From Faecalibacterium sp. UBA1360 (lineage in GTDB: Bacteria > Bacillota > Clostridia > Oscillospirales > Ruminococcaceae): 64,000 nucleotides of DNA. The DNA lies in contig DBRU01000032.1 of assembly GCA_002306375.1 (NCBI GenBank), positions 7,103 through 71,102 on the forward strand. The letters are read 5' to 3'. The notes under the pieces are model-generated. The model worked only from the letters and a program-made list of their open reading frames with translations. It was not told the DNA's origin and made no database searches. Position numbers and translations under genes: made by a program. Each line of letters begins with the position of its first letter. The stretch's first letter is position 1. Below, piece after piece: positions 58,240 through 64,000 of the stretch.

Positions 58240-58420
58240 GAAGTTAGTTAATACTAACTATTGTGCGGCCTTCCCGAAAAGCAAGCCGACGGCTGCGCCT
58301 TATCAAACTATGTCCATGCCTGAAAAGAACGCCTCAGCCATTTGCGGTCTTTTGAAAAGGCATTCCGAATCAGCAAAACCGGCGCCCGTGTTCTCTCCGT
58401 GCGGGCGCCGGTTTTGTTTG
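58240..58420 (+). ncRNA. Candidate metal-regulated small RNA
   Basis: Own promoter, operator at the start site, internal hairpin 58316-58363, terminator 58374-58420, no credible ORF. Confidence 0.55.
58242..58259. promoter_or_regulatory. TTAG-N6-CTAA operator 1
   Basis: AGTTAG-ttaata-CTAACT. Confidence 0.7.
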
Positions 58421-58464
58421 CGGTAAAAAAGATCCCCGTCGGCAGCGGGGCCGGCGGGGGAGGT

Positions 58465-58842
58465 TCAGGCTTCGGGGAAGTGCTCGGCCGCATAGGCGGC
58501 CAGTTTGTCGAAGGTCTCGGGGCTCAGGTCATGCTCAATGCGGCAGGCGTCCTGAGCGGCCACTTCCTCGCTGACGCCCAGCGCTTTCAGGATGCGGGTC
58601 AACAGCTTGTGACGCTGGTAAATGCGATTGGCGATCTCATATCCGGGGGTCTCCAGGGTGATGCAGCCGTTGCCGTCCATGGAAATGTAGCCGGCCTGAC
58701 GCAGATTCTTCATGGCAACGCTGACGCTGGGCTTCGAGAAGCCCAGCTCGTTGGCGATATCGATGGAATGGACTTCGCCTTTCTGCTCGCGGATCATCAG
58801 AATCTTTTCCAGGTAATCCTCAGCCGATTGGTGAATCTTCAT
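58465..58842 (-). CDS. DtxR/MntR-family metal-dependent repressor (short, no FeoA domain)
   Basis: SAEDYLE, DIANELGFSKPSVS HTH, RH, ACRIEHDLS. Confidence 0.93.
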   Translation of the reverse strand: MKIHQSAEDYLEKILMIREQKGEVHSIDIANELGFSKPSVSVAMKNLRQAGYISMDGNGCITLETPGYEIANRIYQRHKLLTRILKALGVSEEVAAQDACRIEHDLSPETFDKLAAYAAEHFPEA

Positions 58843-58875
58843 AAAAAACGCCTCACTTTATTTGGTTACAGGTAA

Positions 58876-58904
58876 AGATTAGCACAAACTAACTAAAATT
58901 GCAA
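58876..58904 (-). promoter_or_regulatory. Regulator promoter overlapped by operator 2 (58879-58892)
   Basis: TTGCAA-N17-TAATCT on the minus strand; TTAG-cacaaa-CTAA. Confidence 0.65.
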
Positions 58905-58913
58905 GGAAAAGTA

Positions 58914-58974
58914 TTGACATTGGCGGTTAGCGGTGGTAAACTGCAACTGATTCAGCGGTTAGTGCATTCTAACC
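58914..58974 (+). promoter_or_regulatory. feo promoter and operator 3 (58957-58974)
   Basis: TTGACA-N17-TAAACT; GGTTAG-tgcatt-CTAACC. Confidence 0.72.
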
Positions 58975-59027
58975 ATACGGCCGCGCGCAGTTTCGCGCGC
59001 CAGAACAGGAGGAAGGGGCGCCAAGAG

Positions 59028-59243
59028 ATGATGCCGATCACCATGGGCAAAACCGGCGAGACATACACGATCAAAAAGATCACCGGCAAAGACGAGGTGC
59101 GCCAGCACCTGGCCGAACTGGGGTTTGTGATGGAGGCCCGGATCACCGTCATCAACGAGATCGCAGGCAATTTGATTTTGCAGGTCAAAGAGAGCCGCGT
59201 CGCTCTGGATAAAACCATGGCGAATCGGATTCTGGTAGGGTAA
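59028..59243 (+). CDS. feoA: Ferrous iron transport protein A
   Basis: HLAELGF, VKESRVALD; AGGAGG upstream. Confidence 0.9.
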   Translation: MMPITMGKTGETYTIKKITGKDEVRQHLAELGFVMEARITVINEIAGNLILQVKESRVALDKTMANRILVG

Positions 59244-59295
59244 AGCGGGCGTTGCCCCGCTGCACAATACAGCGAACATGGAGGAGGAATCCGCA

Positions 59296-59517
59296 ATGAA
59301 AACATTGAAAGACGCAAAGGTGGGCGAAACAGTCACCGTGGCTAGAGTCCACGGCGAAGGGCCGGTGCGCCGGCGCATCATGGATATGGGGCTGACCAAA
59401 GGCGTTCAGGTGCTGGTGCGCAAGGTGGCGCCGTTGGGCGATCCGATGGAACTGAACATCCGCGGGTACGAGCTCAGCGTGCGAAAAGCGGATGCCGAAA
59501 TGGTCGAACTGGTTTGA
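59296..59517 (+). CDS. feoA: Ferrous iron transport protein A (second copy)
   Basis: RRIMDMGLTKG, APLGDP, RGYELSVRK. Confidence 0.94.
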   Translation: MKTLKDAKVGETVTVARVHGEGPVRRRIMDMGLTKGVQVLVRKVAPLGDPMELNIRGYELSVRKADAEMVELV

Positions 59518-59554
59518 GGCAGGCGGTGAATCACCGCCTTATTTCAGGGTTGGT

Positions 59555-59572
59555 GGTTAGCTTTTGCTAACC
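59555..59572. promoter_or_regulatory. TTAG-N6-CTAA operator 4 (intra-operon)
   Basis: GGTTAG-cttttg-CTAACC. Confidence 0.65.
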
Positions 59573-59619
59573 TTCGCGCCACGGCGCGCCGCCCGCCAAA
59601 GAAAAGGGGTAACATCGAA

Positions 59620-61830
59620 ATGGGTATCAAGATCGCACTGGCCGGTAACCCGAACAGCGGCAAAACCACACTGTTCAACGATCTGACCGGCTCCAACCAG
59701 TATGTGGGCAACTGGCCCGGCGTCACGGTGGAAAAGAAGGAAGGCCGTCTGAAAGGCAACAAGGAGGTCACGATCCAGGATCTGCCGGGTATTTATTCGC
59801 TGTCGCCCTACACGCTGGAAGAGGTGGTGGCCCGCGGCTATCTGGTCACCGAAAAGCCGGACGCCATCCTCAATATCGTGGACGGCACCAACATCGAGCG
59901 CAATCTGTACCTGACCACCCAGCTTATCGAACTTGGCATCCCGGTGGTCATGGCGGTGAATATGATCGATCTGGTGCGCAAAAACGGCGACAGCATCGAC
60001 ATTGCCCGCCTCAGCAAGGAACTGGGCTGCCAGGTGGCGGAGATCAGCGCCCTCAAAGGCGAGGGCAGCGCCAAGGCCGCCCAGATGGCCGTACAGGCCG
60101 CGCTGGCCGGGCGGGCGGGGGAACTGCCCCATGTGTTTACCGGCAGCGTCGAACACGCCATCGCCCACATTGAAGAAAGCATCCAGACCCGTGTGGACAC
60201 TCGCTTTCTGCGGTGGTACGCCGTCAAATTGTTTGAGCGGGACGAGCGCGTGCAGCAGGAGCTGGGTCTGGACAAGGCGACGCTGGAACACATCGACGCG
60301 CATATCGCCGACTGCGAAAAAGAGATGGACGACGATGCCGAGAGCATCATCACCAACCAGCGGTACGCCTATATCGGCCGGGTGGTGGACCGGGCGGTGC
60401 GCAAAAAGCAGCGTGACGGCAACATGACCACCTCGGACAAGATCGACCGCGTGGTCACCAACCGCGTACTGGCGTTGCCTATCTTTGCCGTCATCATGTT
60501 CGCGATCTACGCCATCGCCATGGGCGGTTTCCCTTTTTCCATCGGCACCATGGGCACCGACTGGGCCAACGATACGCTGTTCGGCCAGATCGTACCCGGC
60601 CTGTTTGACCGCCTGCTGCTCAACGCCGACGGCACGCCGGTGGTGGCCGACTGGCTGTACGGTCTGATCCAGGACGGTATCGTGGCCGGCGTGGGCGCGG
60701 TGCTGGGCTTTGTGCCCCAGATTTTGGTGCTGTGCTTCCTTTTGTCGATTCTTGAGGATGTGGGGTACATGGCCCGCGTGGCCTTTGTCATGGACCGCAT
60801 CTTCCGCCGCTTCGGCCTTTCGGGTAAGAGCTTCATCCCGCTGCTGGTGGCCACCGGCTGCGGCGTGCCGGGCATTATGGCCACCCGCACGATCGAGTCC
60901 GACCGTGACCGCAAAATGACGATCATGACCACCGGGTTCATTCCCTGTGGCGCCAAGATCCCCATCATCGGCCTGTTTGCGGGCGCGGTGTTCGGCGAAA
61001 GCCCCTGGGTGGCCACTTCGGCCTTCTTTATCGGCATTGCGGCTGTGATCGTCTCGGGCATCATGCTCAAAAAGTTCAAGGCCTTTGCGGGGGACCCTGC
61101 GCCCTTCGTCATGGAACTGCCTGCCTACCACGTGCCCGCCTGGGGCAACGTGCTGCGCGCCACCTGGGAGCGGGGCTGGTCCTTCATCAAGCGGGCGGGC
61201 ACCGTGGTTCTTGTTTCCTCGGTGGTGCTGTGGTTCCTGCAAGGCTACGGCTTTGTGGACGGCGCCTTCACCGCCGTGGAGGACAACAACCACTCTCTGC
61301 TGGCCGTGATCGGCAACGCCGTGGCCTGGATCTTCTATCCGCTGGGCTGGATGGGCGACATGGCCTGGAAGGCTACCGTGGCCACCGTCACCGGCCTGAT
61401 CGCCAAGGAGGAGGTTGTCAATACCTTCGGCGTGGTGTACAATTATGCGGGTGAGGTGGACCTGATGGAGGACTCCAGTCCCATCTGGGCCGCTGTGGCC
61501 GCCGATTTCGGTGCGGTTCGGGCGTACAGCTTCATGGTGTTCAACTTGCTGTGCGCGCCCTGCTTCGCCGCCATGGGTGCCATCAAGCGGGAGATGAACA
61601 ACCCCAAATGGACCCTCGGCGCCATCGGTTATATGTGCGCCTTTGCCTATGTGGTCTCGATGATCACCTACCAGCTGGGCGGCCTTGCCACCGGCGAAGC
61701 CACCTTCAGCATTTTTACGGTGGTGGCTTTCATCGCCCTGGGCGCGCTGGTATATCTGATCGTGCGTCCCAACCCCTATAAGAATGAAACTCTCAAACTG
61801 GATGTGAAAAAGGTGGTCGCCTCCCGATAA
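59620..61830 (+). CDS. feoB: Ferrous iron transport protein B
   Basis: GNPNSGKT, VGNWPGVTV, DLPG, NMID, gate motifs GC.VP and PC. Confidence 0.97.
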   Translation: MGIKIALAGNPNSGKTTLFNDLTGSNQYVGNWPGVTVEKKEGRLKGNKEVTIQDLPGIYSLSPYTLEEVVARGYLVTEKPDAILNIVDGTNIERNLYLTTQLIELGIPVVMAVNMIDLVRKNGDSIDIARLSKELGCQVAEISALKGEGSAKAAQMAVQAALAGRAGELPHVFTGSVEHAIAHIEESIQTRVDTRFLRWYAVKLFERDERVQQELGLDKATLEHIDAHIADCEKEMDDDAESIITNQRYAYIGRVVDRAVRKKQRDGNMTTSDKIDRVVTNRVLALPIFAVIMFAIYAIAMGGFPFSIGTMGTDWANDTLFGQIVPGLFDRLLLNADGTPVVADWLYGLIQDGIVAGVGAVLGFVPQILVLCFLLSILEDVGYMARVAFVMDRIFRRFGLSGKSFIPLLVATGCGVPGIMATRTIESDRDRKMTIMTTGFIPCGAKIPIIGLFAGAVFGESPWVATSAFFIGIAAVIVSGIMLKKFKAFAGDPAPFVMELPAYHVPAWGNVLRATWERGWSFIKRAGTVVLVSSVVLWFLQGYGFVDGAFTAVEDNNHSLLAVIGNAVAWIFYPLGWMGDMAWKATVATVTGLIAKEEVVNTFGVVYNYAGEVDLMEDSSPIWAAVAADFGAVRAYSFMVFNLLCAPCFAAMGAIKREMNNPKWTLGAIGYMCAFAYVVSMITYQLGGLATGEATFSIFTVVAFIALGALVYLIVRPNPYKNETLKLDVKKVVASR

Positions 61831-61862
61831 GGCGTCCCGACCCATCAAAAAGGAGAATCGCT

Positions 61863-62078
61863 ATGCTGGCAATTCTTGGTCCACAGCTGGCCACTGCGCT
61901 GGTGGGGCTGCTTGTATTCGGCGCGCTGGCGCTGGTCATCGTGAAGATGGTCCGGGATCACCGGGCCGGCCGGCATTCCTGCGGGTCGTGCTCGTCCTGC
62001 GGCAGCTGCGGCGGATGCGGCGGATGCTCGGGCTGCGGGGGCCAGTGCCACTGCGGTGAATCCCATACAAAACGCTGA
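61863..62078 (+). CDS. FeoB-associated Cys-rich membrane protein
   Basis: TM helix then CGSCSSCGSCGGCGGCSGC; directly after feoB. Confidence 0.88.
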   Translation: MLAILGPQLATALVGLLVFGALALVIVKMVRDHRAGRHSCGSCSSCGSCGGCGGCSGCGGQCHCGESHTKR

Positions 62079-62190
62079 ACCGGCGCAGGGCGGCGGGGTC
62101 AGGGCTTCGGCCCCGGCCCCGCCGCCTTGACACTGCAAACGGCCTGTGTTACAATGCCAACATCATTTGTAGGAATTGCAGGTTTGGCTT

Positions 62191-62955
62191 ATGATCGACC
62201 AATTTTCACGTACACAGGCAATGTTTGGCGCGCAGGGCATGGAGCGGTTGTTCCATGCCCGCGTTGCGTTGTTCGGTGTGGGCGGCGTGGGCGGCTACGC
62301 GGTAGAAGCGCTGGCCCGCAGCGGTGTGGGCACGCTGGATCTGATCGACGACGACAAAGTGTGTCTGACCAACCTCAACCGCCAGATCATCGCCACCCAC
62401 GATACCATCGGGCAATACAAGGTGGATGCTTTTGCCAAGCGCATCGCCTCCATCAACCCGGACGCCGTGGTCCATACCCACCGCGTGTTTGTGGATGCCC
62501 GGACCATCGAACAGTTTGACTTTTCTTTATATGATTATGTCATCGACGCCATCGACACGGTCAGCGCCAAGGTGGAACTGGCCGTGCGCGCCCAGGCGGC
62601 GGGCACGCCCATCATCAGCTCCATGGGGGCGGGGGGCAAATTTGACGCTACGGCTTTCCGGGTGGCCGATCTGTACAAGACCTCGGTCTGCCCCTTGGCA
62701 CGGGCCATGCGCACCCTATGCCGCAAACGGGGCGTGCGACGTCTCAAGGTCGTCTATTCCACCGAGGCGCCCCATACTGTGATGGCCGCCAGCGGCGGCG
62801 AACTGGATACCGCCCGCCAGGGGCCGGGCAAACGCGGCATCCCCGGCTCCAATGCCTTTGTCCCGCCGGTGGCGGGGCTGATTTTGGCCGGCGAGGTCAT
62901 CTGCGACCTGGCCGCCCACCCCGAACAGGAGGCCGCCCCATGCCAAGAGAACTGA
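62191..62955 (+). CDS. tcdA: tRNA threonylcarbamoyladenosine dehydratase (ThiF family)
   Basis: GVGGVG, NLNRQ, DAID, SSMGAG, CPLA; promoter TTGACA-N17-TACAAT at 62127-62155. Confidence 0.9.
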   Translation: MIDQFSRTQAMFGAQGMERLFHARVALFGVGGVGGYAVEALARSGVGTLDLIDDDKVCLTNLNRQIIATHDTIGQYKVDAFAKRIASINPDAVVHTHRVFVDARTIEQFDFSLYDYVIDAIDTVSAKVELAVRAQAAGTPIISSMGAGGKFDATAFRVADLYKTSVCPLARAMRTLCRKRGVRRLKVVYSTEAPHTVMAASGGELDTARQGPGKRGIPGSNAFVPPVAGLILAGEVICDLAAHPEQEAAPCQEN

Positions 62956-63794
62956 CCCGGTGCGAAGCCATTGAGCGCAGCCTGATCAAAAAGTACCGCA
63001 AACAGCTGTGGAACCCCTTTGTGGCCGCCGTGCAGCGGTATGAACTGATCCGGGCGGGGGATTCGGTGGCGGTGTGTATTTCCGGCGGCAAAGACTCCAT
63101 GCTGCTGGCCAAACTTATGCAGGAACTCCACCGCCATACCGAGGTGCCCTTCGATCTGCATTTTCTTGTTATGGACCCCGGGTATGCCCCGGCCAACCGC
63201 CGCCAGATCGAGGAAAACGCCGCGCTGCTGGAACTGCCCGTAACGATCTTTCAAAGCGATATTTTTGAGGTGGCGGCCAACACGCCCCGCAACCCCTGCT
63301 ACCTGTGCGCCCGCATGCGCCGCGGGCACCTGTACAAGCAGGCCCAGGCCCTGGGCTGCAACAAGATCGCTTTAGGCCACCACCTCAATGACGTCATCGA
63401 GACCGCCGTCATGAGCATGTTTTACGGCGCGCAGATGCAGGCCATGCCGCCCAAGCTGCACAGCCGCAACTTCCCCGGCATGGAGCTCATCCGCCCGCTG
63501 TACTGCGTCAAGGAGCAGGACATCATCGCCTGGGCCCGCTACAACGACCTGCATTTTTTGCAGTGCGCCTGCCGCATGACCCAGCGCAGCGACGAGCCTG
63601 GCGCCTCCAAGCGCCAGCAGGTCAAGACGCTGCTGCGGGACCTCAAGAAGGAGACCCCCAACATCGAGGACAACATCTTCGCCAGCCTGCACGCGGTGTG
63701 CCTGGACACGGTGCCCGGCTACAAGTCAAAGGGGGTCGCCCATACCTTCCTGGAAGGGTACGACGAAGCCTCGGCCGACGTCTCCGACGAGTGA
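62940..63794 (+). CDS. ttcA: TtcA-family PP-loop tRNA thiolation protein
   Basis: SGGKDS, CYLCARMRRG, GHH, IRPL. Confidence 0.85.
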   Translation: MPRELTRCEAIERSLIKKYRKQLWNPFVAAVQRYELIRAGDSVAVCISGGKDSMLLAKLMQELHRHTEVPFDLHFLVMDPGYAPANRRQIEENAALLELPVTIFQSDIFEVAANTPRNPCYLCARMRRGHLYKQAQALGCNKIALGHHLNDVIETAVMSMFYGAQMQAMPPKLHSRNFPGMELIRPLYCVKEQDIIAWARYNDLHFLQCACRMTQRSDEPGASKRQQVKTLLRDLKKETPNIEDNIFASLHAVCLDTVPGYKSKGVAHTFLEGYDEASADVSDE

Positions 63795-63823
63795 GTACGG
63801 CCCCGATCTCAACAAAAGACACA

Positions 63824-63882
63824 GCAAAGACCGCCCCGCCTGCCGAAAAGCAGTGCCGAAAAGCAGGGGGGCGGTCTTTTGC
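63824..63882. terminator. Bidirectional terminator
   Basis: GCAAAGACCGCCCC...GGGGCGGTCTTTTGC. Confidence 0.7.
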
Positions 63883-63896
63883 TATATTCTGCCGTC

Positions 63897-64000
63897 TCAA
63901 AGGTCACTGGCTGTTTGTTCCAGGCGGGCGTGGGCCTGCAAGATCTCCTCCCGGCTCAGGCCGTACTTTCTGGCAATGTCCCGGGCATAGCTCAGCCCGT
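63897..64000 (-). CDS. C-terminus of a gene entering from beyond the window, possibly a MutS-related ATPase
   Basis: Manual translation GLSYARDIARKYGLSREEILQAHARLEQTASDL* resembles the SYA..IA...GL tail of MutS domain V. Confidence 0.5.
   Translation of the reverse strand, partial: GLSYARDIARKYGLSREEILQAHARLEQTASDL

Noticed and set aside
58310..58426. 38-codon ORF (MSMPEKNASAICG...) inside the candidate sRNA
   Set aside because: No Shine-Dalgarno sequence, and it runs through the terminator hairpin, so it is unlikely to be translated.
58945..59027. Metal riboswitch (NiCo/yybP) in the feo leader
   Set aside because: The leader is short, lacks a recognisable multi-way junction or terminator, and is explained by the DNA operator.

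Overview
GC-rich chromosomal window from a spore-forming gut Clostridium. An Oscillospiraceae/Ruminococcaceae-like host is inferred from gene content and order. Most of it is core genome. In order: gltB 5' end, mscL, mrp, PNP, spoVB-like flippase, malQ, an ABC exporter, an SGNH lipoprotein with a repeat tail, an ATP-grasp gene, rpmB, scpAB-ytfJ-rluB, and a carboxyltransferase/biotin-carrier/5S triad. Next is the yicC-remA-gmk-priA-def-fmt-rsmB-rlmN-stp-pknB-rsgA-thiN operon, a compact spoVM-sipL-spoIVA-yaaL-bofA sporulation cluster, RNase P RNA, murA-yycJ-rlmH and a [FeFe]-hydrogenase. Then come an apparently inserted ECF sigma/anti-sigma pair, mtaB, dac, pgi, yceD-rpmF, der-plsY, a DtxR/MntR-family regulator divergent from feoA-feoA-feoB, and tcdA-ttcA. 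I saw no transposase, integrase, CRISPR, tRNA or rRNA. The most striking unexplained element is a gene-less transcription unit of about 180 nt (about 58240-58420). It has a near-consensus sigma-A promoter, its own terminator, and the same TTAG-N6-CTAA palindrome found at the feo and regulator promoters, so it is a candidate metal-responsive small RNA. Also notable are an unannotated 22-aa SpoVM, an ANTAR-like attenuator before gltB, and a transcarboxylase-like triad.
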